Shown: positions 1 to 10,480, numbered from the stretch's first letter. The stretch is 64,000 nt of DNA from Cellvibrionales bacterium (GCA_014323765.1 JACONM010000012.1:12814-76813); one strand, 5' to 3'. Program-made: numbers and translations. The notes: generated from the sequence alone by a model not told the origin.

Positions 1-496
1 TGACCACCACCCGCGTGGCCGAGGCCAGATCGTGCCAGGTGCGCCCTTGCCGATCGATGATGGCATAGGCAAAGCCCAGCCCGCCGGCGGCGAGTGACAG
101 TGTGCCGACGAGGGCGCGCATCGCCAGTTGTCGCCAGCTGGGGCGGGCACCGTGGGCATCGATCAGCCGCAGGTTCCACGTCTGCATGCCCAGAGTCGCG
201 CCGCGGGTGCGCCAAAACCAGAGGTAGAAGGCGATTAGCGACAGATACAGCCCTAGCTGATAGAGCGGGCCTTGCAACAGCGGTTGAAAATGCGGGCCGG
301 CCAGCAGCACTTCGGTGTCGCCGCGGGCCTGGATCTGCAAGCCTGATTCGCGCATCCCCAGCCGTTCGGCGAGGAGCGCGACGGCTAGGGTGTAAAGAAA
401 CGCCACCGCAAAGAGCAAGAAACTATCGTACATGCCGGCGGCTAGGCGGCGTAGCAGGCTGGCACTGGGCAGGCTGTGGAGTGCGGGTTGGGGCAT
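1..496 (-). CDS. RDD family membrane protein (C-terminus runs off the window start)
   Basis: Own translation of the minus strand from ATG at 496..494: MPQPALHSLPSASLLRRLAAGMYDSFLLFAVAFLY...WRTRGATLGMQTWNLRLIDAHG. This is the RDD-family pattern with hydrophobic helices. It is absent from the ORF track because there is no stop inside the window. Confidence 0.6.
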   Translation of the reverse strand, partial: MPQPALHSLPSASLLRRLAAGMYDSFLLFAVAFLYTLAVALLAERLGMRESGLQIQARGDTEVLLAGPHFQPLLQGPLYQLGLYLSLIAFYLWFWRTRGATLGMQTWNLRLIDAHGARPSWRQLAMRALVGTLSLAAGGLGFAYAIIDRQGRTWHDLASATRVVV

Positions 497-601
497 TTTC
501 TGCACGGTGGGCGGCGGGGTTGCGCAATTCTAGCAGAGGGCGCAAAGTGGGCCGCTTGCGGTATCATGGTCGCCAGCGAAATAGCCGGGCGGGGAAGACC
601 G

Positions 602-1390
602 ATGAGACTAAAACCGAATCTGAGATTGGCGGCAGTGCTGGTGCTGCTTGTGCTGCTCTTGGCTGCGCTGGTCTATCTTTTTGCCGACCGCGATTCGGAT
701 CCGCCGCCCCGCGAGCAGGTGCCCGCCGAAGTGCCGCCGGCAGTGCCCGCCCCGCCCCGTGAATTGCCGCCCCCGCCTGAGCAGGTCAGCGACACCTATC
801 GGCTGAGCGGCACCTTGCCGGCCCTTGATGCCAGCGATGAGGCCCTGTTCGGTCATCTGTCCCTGCTGCTCAGCGCGGTGCGGTTGGGGCTGTTGGAGGG
901 CGATCAATTTCTCCGCAAACTGGTATTGCAGATCGACAACGCGGCGCGGGGGCAGCTGATCTATCAGCACAGTCCGTTGCGGGCACCGGCGGCGGCATTG
1001 CAAGCGGTCGAGCGGGATGGCGGGTTATTTCTCGACCCCGCCAGCCACGCCCGCTACGCGCCCTATGCCGAATTGGCCACGGCGGTGGACCCGCGGCTGT
1101 TGGTCGCCTATTACCGTTTCTACGAACCCCTGTTGCAGGAAGCCTACGCCGAGCTGGGTTATCCGCCGGAGAACTTCCGCAGCACTCTGATCGCGGCTAT
1201 AGATCAGACCCTCGCCGCCCCGCTGGTGGAGGGCACGATCGAACTAAAACAGCCGGAAGCCAATTATTTGTACGCTGACCCGGCACTAGAATCGCTCAAT
1301 ATGGTGCAAAAACAGCTACTGCGCATGGGCCCCGAAAATACCGCCGCGATTCAACGTGCCCTGCAAGACTTCAAGGCGCGTATTCAATAA
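602..1390 (+). CDS. DUF3014 domain-containing membrane-anchored protein
   Basis: Track ORF 476..1390, trimmed to ATG 602 (MRLKPNLRLAAVLVLLVLLLAALV, an N-terminal TM). The body (LPALDASDEALF...VDPRLLVAYYRFYEPLLQEAYAELGYP...YADPALESLNMVQKQLLRMGPEN) matches my recollection of DUF3014. Confidence 0.65.
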   Translation: MRLKPNLRLAAVLVLLVLLLAALVYLFADRDSDPPPREQVPAEVPPAVPAPPRELPPPPEQVSDTYRLSGTLPALDASDEALFGHLSLLLSAVRLGLLEGDQFLRKLVLQIDNAARGQLIYQHSPLRAPAAALQAVERDGGLFLDPASHARYAPYAELATAVDPRLLVAYYRFYEPLLQEAYAELGYPPENFRSTLIAAIDQTLAAPLVEGTIELKQPEANYLYADPALESLNMVQKQLLRMGPENTAAIQRALQDFKARIQ

Positions 1391-1396
1391 GCTCGG

Positions 1397-2554
1397 CTAG
1401 TCGCGCCGCAGTCGCTCGGATACGGCGATCGGGTTGGGGTAGTTGAACACCACTATGTAGCTGGACACCAGAAAGGTAATGATCGCGGTCGCTTGCACCA
1501 GCAAGCTGGCGGGCTCGCCGATCAGGCGGGTGTCGAAAGCCAAAAAAGCAATCAGCAGGGAAAACTCGCTGATCTGTCCCAGGCGAAAACCCAAGTCCCA
1601 AGAGAGCTCGCGAGTGGCACTTTTTCCGCGCACCAGATAGCTGAAAATCACCGGTTTTAGCCCCAACATCAGGGCGGCCAGCAGCAGGGCTGGCAGAGCA
1701 ATCTCGCCAAGCATGTCAAAATTGAACCCGGCCCCCAGCGCAAAAAAGAACACCACCAGAAAAAAGTCGCGCAGTGGCTTCAGGCTGAGCGCGATGTACT
1801 GCGAGATGGGGCTGGTCGCTAGAGTAATGCCGGCGATAAAGGCCCCGATTTCCAATGCCAAACCTAGAGCCTGCGCCAGCTCGGCCACGCCCATGCACCA
1901 GCCGATCGCCAGCAAAAAGGTAAATTCTTGAATGCGGTCGAAGCGGGTGATAATCGGCAGCAGCAGATAGCGGGTGACCAGAAAAGCCGCGATGGTCACT
2001 GCCGGCACGGCCACCGCCGCCTTGGCCAGCGCGGCCAAGTCCAGCTGCCCGCCGGCACCACTGAGCAGCAGGATCAGCACAAAGATCGCCAGAAAATCCT
2101 GCAACAGCAGCAGGCCGACGATTAGCTCGCCGCTGTGGCGGTGGTGTAGCACGGTGGTCGGTAGCAACTTGATGCCGATGATGGTGCTGGAAAACATCAT
2201 CCCCGCGCCGATTACTAGGCTTTCGGTCAGAGTAAATCCCCAGAGCCAAGCAAAGCCCGCGCCGATGGCGAAGAAGGCGGCGGAGCTCAGCAGAGTCACG
2301 GTGGTGGCTTTGCGCAACACGGCGAGCAGGGCGGTCGGCTGCATGTCCAAGCCGATCAGAAACAGCAAAAAGATAATGCCGATCTCGGCCGCACCATCGA
2401 GAAGCTCCAGATTGCCGACCAGCCCCAACCCGTGCGGACCGATGAGTGCGCCGAGTGCGATGTAGGTGATGATCAGCGGTTGACGACCGTACATGGCGAG
2501 GCACCCCAGCAGGGCCGCGCCGGTGAAAACTAAGAAAATATATTCGGTCAGCAT
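1397..2554 (-). CDS. Cation:proton antiporter (CPA2/Kef-like membrane domain)
   Basis: 385-aa polytopic ORF. N-terminus ...ITYIALGALIGPHGLGLV...AEIGIIFLLFLIGLDM is typical of Na+/H+ exchanger family proteins. Confidence 0.8.
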   Translation of the reverse strand: MLTEYIFLVFTGAALLGCLAMYGRQPLIITYIALGALIGPHGLGLVGNLELLDGAAEIGIIFLLFLIGLDMQPTALLAVLRKATTVTLLSSAAFFAIGAGFAWLWGFTLTESLVIGAGMMFSSTIIGIKLLPTTVLHHRHSGELIVGLLLLQDFLAIFVLILLLSGAGGQLDLAALAKAAVAVPAVTIAAFLVTRYLLLPIITRFDRIQEFTFLLAIGWCMGVAELAQALGLALEIGAFIAGITLATSPISQYIALSLKPLRDFFLVVFFFALGAGFNFDMLGEIALPALLLAALMLGLKPVIFSYLVRGKSATRELSWDLGFRLGQISEFSLLIAFLAFDTRLIGEPASLLVQATAIITFLVSSYIVVFNYPNPIAVSERLRRD

Positions 2555-2639
2555 GCGGTGCTCGGCTTGCGCGTTATCCCCGCCACGGCGCGGGGTGCAA
2601 GCGGTTTGATGGGTTCGCTAAATTCAATGGAATCGATGT

Positions 2640-3131
2640 CTAGCCGCGCCGCCGAAATAGCGGCAGCGGTTGATCGGCTGCCGCCTGATAGCTGTCGCTA
2701 AAATCGGCCAATGAGGCCAGCGCGGCCTGCGGGTCGTAGTGCTCGGCCAGCTCGAAGGCGTTAAAACCGACTCGCACCAGGTAGCTGAGCTGATCGCGAA
2801 TGGGTGCGCCCACCGCCCGCAATTCCCCGTGGTAGTGGAAACGCTCGCGCAACAGGCGGGCCAGCGAAAAGCCACGCCCATCGGTGAAAGCCGGGAAGTG
2901 AATCGCGATCAGCGGAATATCGGTCAGCCCCCCTCGAATGGCGGCCGGGTCCTCGTCCGGTTGCAACAGCAGGCCGACGGAATCGGCGCGGGCGGTGATC
3001 TGCGCGGCGTTGGCATTCCAGTATTCCAAACTCACCAATACCGGTCCCGCCGGCAGCGGATCTTGCGCGGCCAACACCGGGCGCGTCCAGCGGTTATCGA
3101 TAACCGCGCCGTCTTTAATCAGGGCGGGCAT
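2640..3131 (-). CDS. DUF934 protein (sulfite-reductase-associated)
   Basis: 163 aa; HFPAFTDGRGFSLARLLRERFHYHGELRAVG is the DUF934 signature. It overlaps the stop of the upstream sulfite reductase gene by 17 nt, the usual cysI-DUF934 pairing. Confidence 0.8.
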   Translation of the reverse strand: MPALIKDGAVIDNRWTRPVLAAQDPLPAGPVLVSLEYWNANAAQITARADSVGLLLQPDEDPAAIRGGLTDIPLIAIHFPAFTDGRGFSLARLLRERFHYHGELRAVGAPIRDQLSYLVRVGFNAFELAEHYDPQAALASLADFSDSYQAAADQPLPLFRRRG

Positions 3132-4779
3132 AGACCACGCCTTTGAAATGTTCGTGGCCTAGACGCCGGTAGGCTTCCAGAAAGCTTTCCCCCTCGACCC
3201 GCTCGGCCACGTAGCTGGCGATGATTTTCTCGATGACATCGGGCACTTCGGATTCTTCAAAGGCCGGGCCTAACACTTTGGCCAGAGCCGCATCCTCGCC
3301 CGAATTGCCGCCCAGCTGCACCTGGTAGTACTCGCGCCCTTTTTTGTCGACCCCCAGAATGCCGATGTGCCCCACGTGGTGGTGTCCGCAGGCGTTCATG
3401 CAGCCGGAGATATTCAGATCGAGGTCGCCCAGATCGTAGACGTAATCGAGGTCCGCAAAGCGACGCTGAATGGTCTCGGCGATGGGGATGGATTTGGCGT
3501 TGGCCAGCGAACAAAAATCGCCGCCCGGGCAGCAGACCATATCCAGCAGGGTGCCCAGCGTGGGGGTGGCAAAGCCGAGCGGCGTGAGTTCCTGCCAGAG
3601 CGGATAAAGCTGCGCGGCTTCGACATCGGCCAGCACCATGTTTTGTTCGTGAGTGGTGCGCGCCTCGCCGAAGCTGTAACGCTCGGTCAAATCCGCCACG
3701 CTGTCCAGCTGCGCGGCGGTAATGTCGCCCGGCGGCACCCCAGTCGGCTTCAGCGACAGAGTGACCGAGCGATAGCCCGCCACCCGATGCGCATGGGTGT
3801 TGCGCTCCAGCCAGTTGGCGAAGGCTTTGTCGCCCGCCGCCTGCTCGGCCAGGGTGGCGGTGGTCGCGGCGGGGTCAACATTGGCGTAGGGCGGGGCGGT
3901 GAAAAAGCCCTTGGCGCGGGCGAGTTCCGCCTCGGTCAGGGTGCTGGGCCCGTCTTTTAGGTGTTGCCATTCGGCCTCGACCGCCGTGCGGAATGCCTCT
4001 ACCCCCATGGCGCGGACGAGGATTTTGATCCGCGCCTTGTAGCGGTTGTCGCGGTTGCCCTTCAGGTTGTAGACCCGCAGGATGGCTTCCAGATAGGACA
4101 GAATGTGGACGGCGGGCAAAAAGCGGCGAATTACCGAGCCGATGACTGGTGTGCGCCCCAGCCCGCCGCCGACCAATACTTCGAAGCCCGCCTCGCCCTG
4201 TTCATTTTGGCGCAGGTTTAGCCCGATGTCGTGGAAGCGCACGGCGGCGCGGTCGTGGGTCGACCCGCAGACGGCGATTTTGAATTTGCGCGGCAGGAAG
4301 GCGAATTCCGGGTGAAAAGTCGCCCATTGGCGCATGATCTCGCAATAGGGGCGCGGGTCGATCAGCTCATCGGGTGCGACCCCGGCGAATTGGTCGGTGG
4401 TGAAATTGCGGATGCAGTTGCCGCTGGTCTGCACCGCATGCATCTCCACCTCTGCCAAGTCCGCCAGAATGTCCGGTACGTCCTCCAAGGCTGGCCAGTT
4501 GAGTTGGATATTTTGCCGGGTGGTCAGGTGCGCGTAGCCCTTGTCGTATTGGCGGGTGATCGCTGCCAGACGGCGCAGCTGTGCGGCGGAGACTAAGCCG
4601 TACGGAATGCAAATGCGCAGCATGGGGGCCAGGCGCTGGATGTACAGCCCATTTTGCAGGCGCAGCGGCAGGAACTCCTCGTCCTTTATTTCGCCCGCCA
4701 AGTAACGCGCCGTCTGGTCGCGGAACTGTGCGACTCGGTCGGCGATGATTTGGCGGTCGGTCTGGTCGTAGAGGTACAT
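3115..4779 (-). CDS. cysI: Nitrite/sulfite reductase hemoprotein (assimilatory sulfite reductase, CysI-like)
   Basis: Track ORF 3115..4857, trimmed to ATG 4779 (MYLYDQTDRQ). Siroheme/4Fe-4S cysteine cluster CPGGDFCSLANAKS...SGCMNACGHHHVGHIGILG. Confidence 0.85.
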   Translation of the reverse strand: MYLYDQTDRQIIADRVAQFRDQTARYLAGEIKDEEFLPLRLQNGLYIQRLAPMLRICIPYGLVSAAQLRRLAAITRQYDKGYAHLTTRQNIQLNWPALEDVPDILADLAEVEMHAVQTSGNCIRNFTTDQFAGVAPDELIDPRPYCEIMRQWATFHPEFAFLPRKFKIAVCGSTHDRAAVRFHDIGLNLRQNEQGEAGFEVLVGGGLGRTPVIGSVIRRFLPAVHILSYLEAILRVYNLKGNRDNRYKARIKILVRAMGVEAFRTAVEAEWQHLKDGPSTLTEAELARAKGFFTAPPYANVDPAATTATLAEQAAGDKAFANWLERNTHAHRVAGYRSVTLSLKPTGVPPGDITAAQLDSVADLTERYSFGEARTTHEQNMVLADVEAAQLYPLWQELTPLGFATPTLGTLLDMVCCPGGDFCSLANAKSIPIAETIQRRFADLDYVYDLGDLDLNISGCMNACGHHHVGHIGILGVDKKGREYYQVQLGGNSGEDAALAKVLGPAFEESEVPDVIEKIIASYVAERVEGESFLEAYRRLGHEHFKGVVYARPD

Positions 4780-4901
4780 GTTTTTGGCGCGGGCGGGCGG
4801 CAGGCGGCGGGTTGCTGGGTGGTGCAAACTATACCAGTGCCGCGCCCTATTCGGCAAAAGAGCGGGTCGCGAATGGCGGCAGGGTTAAGCAGGGCAAGGC
4901 G

Positions 4902-5978
4902 TTACTTTGGGCGGCGATGCAGGCGGCGTGGGGAATTGAGCCGTGCGCCGCTGCGCCACAGTTCCCGCCAAGAGGCCGGTCGGTGGCCGCGGCGGCGACA
5001 TTGTGCGCCGACGCGAAAGGCCATGCTCCACTGCGCAAGCAGCACCCGATAGGCATGCAGCAGGCCGTAGGCCGGGTCGTAAATGTTGGCCGATTCCGAG
5101 CTAACGCCATTGACTTCTAAGACTTTGATATTGCGCCCGGCGCGTAGATCCTCTGCAGTCGGGGCGCGCAGGTCGTAGCGGCCAAAATAGTAGCCGCCGA
5201 TGGCTTTGCTTAGGGTGTCGATCTGCGCCTCTAGTGCGGGGGTGATCAGTTCCGCGCCATCGAAAAACACCGCGCCGCGACAGTGGCTGCCGACCTCCAC
5301 TAGGGGAATTTCCGTGCCCTGTGCCGGCACCTGCGCCAGCCGCTCGGCGTGGACGCGCAGAAAATGCGCTGGTCGGCAATGGGTGGGGGCTGCGGCCAGG
5401 ATAAGCTGCTCGACGCTGGAGGTGCCATCCCCACGCAGGCTGGGGAAGGTTTTTTTGTTTATCGAGAAAATTTGCCCCGCGGGGTTGTCCGGCTCGCGCA
5501 TATAAAAAACACCGAACTCCTCGCCCGCCACATATTCCTGCAACAGCAGCGCATGACCCGAATAGCGGGCGCAGTAGGCATCCAGGGTCGGCCGGTTGGC
5601 CACCACCTCCACCCCCAACCCGCGCTGGCCGCTGTTGGGTTTGAGCACCACTGGAAAATTGAGACCTGCTTCCGTCATAGTGGTCAGCGCATCGGCACCG
5701 CTAGAACCGGCGGGCAACAACCGGGTTTTTGCCACCGCTTGCGGAATGGCGCGTTGCAGGGCGAGCAGGTTGGCAGATTTGTCGATGTCCATTAGCCCGC
5801 CGACCGGCATGCCTGGGTTGGCGGCGGTGAACAGCAGCGGGCTGCGGTAGCGGAGACCGAGCAACAGAATCCACGCCGCCACCGGTAGATAAAACAGCCA
5901 CAGCGGCCAGAATTCCCAGCGCAGCATGCGGCGCACTTTGGCGGCCCCCAGCACCCGCATTTTGTGCCAGCGATTCAC
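4902..5978 (-). CDS. ATP-grasp domain protein with N-terminal membrane segment
   Basis: 358 aa. WEFWPLWLFYLPVAAWILLLGL is a TM helix, followed by an ATP-grasp-like core (FPVVLKPNSGQRGLGVEVV...LLQEYVAGEEFGVFY...VLEVNGVSSE). Confidence 0.6.
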   Translation of the reverse strand: MNRWHKMRVLGAAKVRRMLRWEFWPLWLFYLPVAAWILLLGLRYRSPLLFTAANPGMPVGGLMDIDKSANLLALQRAIPQAVAKTRLLPAGSSGADALTTMTEAGLNFPVVLKPNSGQRGLGVEVVANRPTLDAYCARYSGHALLLQEYVAGEEFGVFYMREPDNPAGQIFSINKKTFPSLRGDGTSSVEQLILAAAPTHCRPAHFLRVHAERLAQVPAQGTEIPLVEVGSHCRGAVFFDGAELITPALEAQIDTLSKAIGGYYFGRYDLRAPTAEDLRAGRNIKVLEVNGVSSESANIYDPAYGLLHAYRVLLAQWSMAFRVGAQCRRRGHRPASWRELWRSGARLNSPRRLHRRPK

Positions 5979-6153
5979 GGTGGAATGGCGCGGGCGGGTG
6001 AAAAGGGCAGGGCAGGGCAGGCGGACACGGGCGGGGCGCAGGGTGAGATTGGCAGACCGGGCGGGGTGGAAAGCAGATCCGATGCGACTTGGTGAGATAT
6101 CGGCGCGGCTAAGCCTGAATCATTGGGGCCCGATTCATCGAGGCCCGGCCTGC

Positions 6154-6684
6154 CTAGGCCGAGACCGGCGCACAGAGCGGCTCGTTGTATTGCAGGGTGG
6201 AGGGCGCGATGCCAAAGGCGGGCGGCACCTCGATATGTTGCATTTTTAGGATAGCGGCGATGAGGGCGTAATGATGCACCGTGTGGCCGTGGACGAAAAG
6301 CAGTTCGCGGCTCAGCGTGCTCGGCACTGGCGGGGCTGGCTGCGCATCCACCGCCAAGCGGACGTGCAAAGCGCATTCAGCGGCCCCCGCCAGCCCCTGC
6401 AAGCGGTGGCACAGTTGCCGCAGGCGCAACAGCATGGTGCTGCGCTCGGCTTCTTCCGGTTCGCCGCGCTGGCGGTTGTCGTAATCGATGAAAGCTGCTT
6501 CTGCGTCATTGAGACCATCGAGCAGCAGCTGATAATGATCGGCCACATGCCGCAAATGCTGCCCCACATTGGCGGCATAGGGCGGGATCAGGGCACAGTA
6601 CTGAGCGTCCGAGATGCGCAACAGCAGCGGCTCCACCGCTTGCAGGGCGCGGACATTGGCATCGATCAGGCGGGCGATGGGCAC
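6154..6684 (-). CDS. DinB-family (DinB_2-like) metal-dependent protein
   Basis: 176 aa with spaced His motifs typical of the DinB four-helix bundle: GQHLRHVADHY ... FVHGHTVHHYALI. Confidence 0.6.
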   Translation of the reverse strand: MPIARLIDANVRALQAVEPLLLRISDAQYCALIPPYAANVGQHLRHVADHYQLLLDGLNDAEAAFIDYDNRQRGEPEEAERSTMLLRLRQLCHRLQGLAGAAECALHVRLAVDAQPAPPVPSTLSRELLFVHGHTVHHYALIAAILKMQHIEVPPAFGIAPSTLQYNEPLCAPVSA

Positions 6685-6725
6685 GGTTTAGGGCACCAGT
6701 GGCGGGGTGTTTAGGGCGGGCGCGG

Positions 6726-7193
6726 CTAGTCGGCGGATCGAGTCGCAGCGCGGCGAGCGTCCCACCAGTGCATCGCAACCAGCAAAGCGCATGCCAGCCA
6801 CACCGAACAGGCCATCGCAAACAGTTCGCCATTATCGGTGTTGCCTGCCGCATCCACCACCCGCACCACGCCGAGCGGGGTGAACAGGTGGAAGAAAATG
6901 GCCCCAGAGAGCACCCCGATGGTCAGCAATGCCCCGTACAGGCGGGTCTTGGGCAGCAGCAACAACCCGGCGGCGACCAGTTCCGCACCGCCGATCACGT
7001 AGCCGCCGATCGACTCAAAGGGCGCATAAATGGCGGCGGGCAGGCCGATGCCGGCCATCCAGGCGGCGATGGTGGTGAAGATAATGCGCGTCTCTTCATG
7101 CCCGGAAAACTTAAAGAACAGCGACTGCACCAGCACGAAGACCGACCAGCCCACCAGCGCATAGCTGGCAATCTGCATTTGTTTGGGAGTCAT
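6726..7193 (-). CDS. DoxX-like small membrane protein
   Basis: Track ORF 6726..7340, trimmed to ATG 7193 (MTPKQMQIASYALVGWSVFVLV). Four hydrophobic helices, DoxX-like. Confidence 0.5.
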   Translation of the reverse strand: MTPKQMQIASYALVGWSVFVLVQSLFFKFSGHEETRIIFTTIAAWMAGIGLPAAIYAPFESIGGYVIGGAELVAAGLLLLPKTRLYGALLTIGVLSGAIFFHLFTPLGVVRVVDAAGNTDNGELFAMACSVWLACALLVAMHWWDARRAATRSAD

Positions 7194-7380
7194 TAGTGAA
7201 TTTTCCTTGTAGCGTGACGAATGATTTTGGGTGATAATGCGGCACTCATTGCCACCCGCCGCTATTCTAGCTAAATATCGCCTGTGGATGCCAGCAAACT
7301 TTGCCTTTTGGCTTTTTGTAGTGTGCCCGCCGCCGCGCATGGGCCGCCGCTACGCCTTAAAATAGGGCCTTAAAACAGGC

Positions 7381-7410
7381 TTGCACAGCCCTTGCGCACC
7401 CTGCTAGAAT
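7381..7410 (+). promoter_or_regulatory. Putative sigma70 promoter for the TonB-dependent receptor gene
   Basis: TTGCAC (7381-7386), 18-nt spacer, TAGAAT (7405-7410), about 80 nt upstream of the receptor start. Confidence 0.35.
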
Positions 7411-7487
7411 GCGCCGCCACAACGGTCACCTTGCGCCGCCACGCCTTCACAATTCACTACGAGGTAGATGTCGTGAACAACAAACTA

Positions 7488-9704
7488 ATGCAATTCCTAC
7501 TCACCGTGGGCCTGCTCAGCCCGCTGCTCTTCGGTGCCAACGCCGCCCTGTCGCAGTCTGCTTCCGCCGATGAAAGCATCGAGAGCATGACCGTGGTGGG
7601 CGCGCGCCAATACCGCGGCGACTTCGAGCGGATGGAAACCCCGCAGGCGGAGCTCACTATCGATGCCACCGTGCTACGCAATGCGGGTGCGCTGGATCTG
7701 GTGCAGGCGTTAGACCTGTCCGCCTCGGTGGCGCGGCAGAACAATTTTGGCGGTCTCTGGAATAGCTTCGCCCTGCGCGGCTTCGTCGGCGATGAAAACC
7801 TGCCCAGCAACTACCTCGTCAACGGCTTCAACGCCGGGCGCGGCTTTGGCGGGGCGCGAGATCTAGCAGGCATCGAGGCAGTCGAGGTGCTGAAAGGCCC
7901 CCGCGCCGCCCTCTTCGGGCGCGGCGAACCGGGCGGCACCGTCAACCTAGTCACCAAACGCCCCACCTTCGAATCCAAATCCAGCCTGCGCCATTCCACA
8001 GACCGCTGGGATCTGTTCCGCACCGATGTCGATGTGGATGTTCCGCTGGTGGCCGATACCCTAGCGGTGCGGCTAGTGGGCTTTTACGAAGACTCGGAAA
8101 GCTTCCGCGACACCGTGGAGACCGAGAAGCGCGGCTTTTACCCCTCGCTGGCATGGCGCATCAGCGATATGACCCAAGTCAGCCTAGAGGCAGAGGTTAC
8201 CGAGCAGCTGATTCCTTTCGACCGCGGCGTAGTGGCGGTCAATGGCGAGTTGGGGCACATTCCGCAAAGCCGCTTCCTCGGCGATGTAGAGGGAGATGGC
8301 CGCATGTTGGGCGAGGTGCTTGGTGTTCAGTTTGAGTTAAAACATGACCTAGGCAATGACTGGAACCTGCTGCTCGGTGCCAACTACCGCGGTACCTCGC
8401 TGGAAGGGCATGCCAGCGAGCCGCAGTTCGGTGGTCGACAAGCCCTCAAACAGGACCCGGACAGCGGCAACCTCTCGCGCTTCCAGCGTTACCGCGACTA
8501 CGACTCCACCTACACCGTATTCCGCGCCGAACTCAGCGGCAAGATGAATATCGCTGGCTACGAAAATCGCTTCATCGCTGGCATCGATCTCGATATGTTT
8601 GAAAATGAACAGTTTGCCCGCCGTCTCCGTGGTATCGACAGGGGAGCTTTATCAGACCAAGTAGTAGGGCAACAGTTGCGGGTGATCAACATCCATAACC
8701 CCACCTACGGTCAAGCACTGTTGCGGTACGACAGGGACATGCATCTGAATGATTTGACCGATCGCGAGGAGACCCAAGAATCCACCGGCATCTATGTGCA
8801 AAATCAGATTAGCCTGAATGAGTTCCTGCATGTCCGTTTCGGCTTGCGCTATGACGACTACGAACAGGAATACGAAGATCGCCGAGCGACCACCAGAAAC
8901 CCGGACGGCAGTCTGGCATGTTGCCATACACCCACCGATAAGATGAATATCAGGCCCGCCAGCACCACCAGCGATTCCAACCTAAGCCCACAACTGGGTG
9001 TGGTGTTCGAGGTCAATGACGATCTGTCTGCCTACGCCGTCTACGGGCAAAACTTCCGCCCGCTATCCGGTGCCGACACCAATAACGAAGGCTTTAGCCC
9101 CAACGAATCCACCTCCTACGAGTTCGGCGTACACTTCACCACGCTCAACGGCGCGCTGGATGGCACCGCGGCAGTCTTCTTTGTCGAGCAGGACAATCTC
9201 CTTAGTGGCCCAAGTGATGACCGCTCATCGATTGGCGAGGCGGAGAGCCAAGGATTGGAACTTGATCTCCACGGCGAGCTCGCCCAAGGTCTGAGCCTGT
9301 GGCTGTCCTACGCCTATGTAGATGCCGAAACCAAAAACGCCTATGTTGACGGCGTCTCTGAAAACCAAGTTGCGGCAGGTTCTCGACTGCTAAACATCCC
9401 CGAAAACCAGCTCAGTCTGCAACTGACGCAAGCGACTCAGATGTTTGGCAAAGATGCCACCCTTGGCTTCGGCCTGCTAAATGTCGGCGATCGACTCGGC
9501 GAGACCGGCACCGATTTTGAACTGCCCGAATACACCACCGCCCGACTCTTTGCCGATTGGCACATGTCGGAAAATGTTCGGTTGCGCATGGACTTGGACA
9601 ACATGTTTAATGAGAAGCACTACACCAACTCCTTCGCCGATGTCTGGGTGCAGCCCGGTGCCCCGCGCAACCTGCGCCTGTCGGCGGATGTCCGCTTCTG
9701 GTGA
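7488..9704 (+). CDS. TonB-dependent receptor (siderophore-receptor-like)
   Basis: Track ORF 7392..9704. Likely start is ATG 7488 (MQFLLTVGLLSPLLFGANAALSQSASA, a signal peptide) or GTG 7473. Plug motifs (IESMTVVGAR, IEAVEVLKGPRAALFGRGEPGGTVNLVTKRP) and a C-terminal aromatic residue (RFW). Confidence 0.9.
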   Translation: MQFLLTVGLLSPLLFGANAALSQSASADESIESMTVVGARQYRGDFERMETPQAELTIDATVLRNAGALDLVQALDLSASVARQNNFGGLWNSFALRGFVGDENLPSNYLVNGFNAGRGFGGARDLAGIEAVEVLKGPRAALFGRGEPGGTVNLVTKRPTFESKSSLRHSTDRWDLFRTDVDVDVPLVADTLAVRLVGFYEDSESFRDTVETEKRGFYPSLAWRISDMTQVSLEAEVTEQLIPFDRGVVAVNGELGHIPQSRFLGDVEGDGRMLGEVLGVQFELKHDLGNDWNLLLGANYRGTSLEGHASEPQFGGRQALKQDPDSGNLSRFQRYRDYDSTYTVFRAELSGKMNIAGYENRFIAGIDLDMFENEQFARRLRGIDRGALSDQVVGQQLRVINIHNPTYGQALLRYDRDMHLNDLTDREETQESTGIYVQNQISLNEFLHVRFGLRYDDYEQEYEDRRATTRNPDGSLACCHTPTDKMNIRPASTTSDSNLSPQLGVVFEVNDDLSAYAVYGQNFRPLSGADTNNEGFSPNESTSYEFGVHFTTLNGALDGTAAVFFVEQDNLLSGPSDDRSSIGEAESQGLELDLHGELAQGLSLWLSYAYVDAETKNAYVDGVSENQVAAGSRLLNIPENQLSLQLTQATQMFGKDATLGFGLLNVGDRLGETGTDFELPEYTTARLFADWHMSENVRLRMDLDNMFNEKHYTNSFADVWVQPGAPRNLRLSADVRFW

Positions 9705-9751
9705 GTTCGGGTTAATCTAGCCTGAGGCAAGAAAAGCAAGAGACCGGGGCC

Positions 9752-10480
9752 GTGCAGCCCCGCTTGCAGGCCGACCAACTGCGAGTCAGCCGCGCCGGAC
9801 ATGAAGTCTTGCGCGGCGTTTCCTTTGCGGTCGATGCGGGCCAAATCTACGCCCTGCTTGGCGGCAACGGGGCAGGCAAATCGACCACCTTGCTGACATT
9901 TTTAGGGTTTCTACCACCCAGCGGCGGCAAGGTATTGGTGCAGGGTGAAGAGGTCGGTGCAAACTTGTCCACCGTGCGCTCGGCCCTCGCCTATTTGCCC
10001 GAAGCGGCTTCCCTTTACGACCACCTCAACGCCTACGAAAACCTGCGCTATTTTTTGCGGTTGGCGGGTTTGCGCACCGCTCAAGCGGGGCTGGATGATG
10101 CGCTGGAGCAGGTTTCTCTGCCCGCCGAATCACGCCCCCGCGCCCTGCGCCACTATTCCAAAGGCATGCGGCAAAAGGTCGCCATCGCCCTAGCCTTGCT
10201 GCGCAACACCGAGATCCTGTTGCTCGATGAGCCAACCGCCGGGCTGGACCCTGCCGCCATCGATGAATTCCACGCTCTTGTCCGCGGTCTAGCGGATGCC
10301 GGCAAAACCATTTTGATGGTCACCCATGATGTCTATGGGGCCTGTCAGGTCGCCGACCGGATCAGTCTGTTACGCGCTGGCGAAATGGCGGGCGAATTTG
10401 CGGCGCAAAATGGCGAGCGCATCGCCACCGAGGCGGTGCATCGCGCCTTCGCCGGGCAGCGGGCAGCGCAGGCGGCATGA
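9752..10480 (+). CDS. ABC transporter ATP-binding protein
   Basis: GTG start. Walker A GGNGAGKST, signature YSKGMRQK, Walker B LLLDEPTAGLD. Confidence 0.9.
   Translation: MQPRLQADQLRVSRAGHEVLRGVSFAVDAGQIYALLGGNGAGKSTTLLTFLGFLPPSGGKVLVQGEEVGANLSTVRSALAYLPEAASLYDHLNAYENLRYFLRLAGLRTAQAGLDDALEQVSLPAESRPRALRHYSKGMRQKVAIALALLRNTEILLLDEPTAGLDPAAIDEFHALVRGLADAGKTILMVTHDVYGACQVADRISLLRAGEMAGEFAAQNGERIATEAVHRAFAGQRAAQAA

Noticed and set aside
7215-7245. Fur-box-like sequence GGTGATAATGCGGCACTCATTGCC between the DoxX gene and the TonB-dependent receptor
   Set aside because: It matches only GATAATG...CATT of the 19-bp Fur consensus and lies about 250 nt from the receptor start, which is too weak to call.
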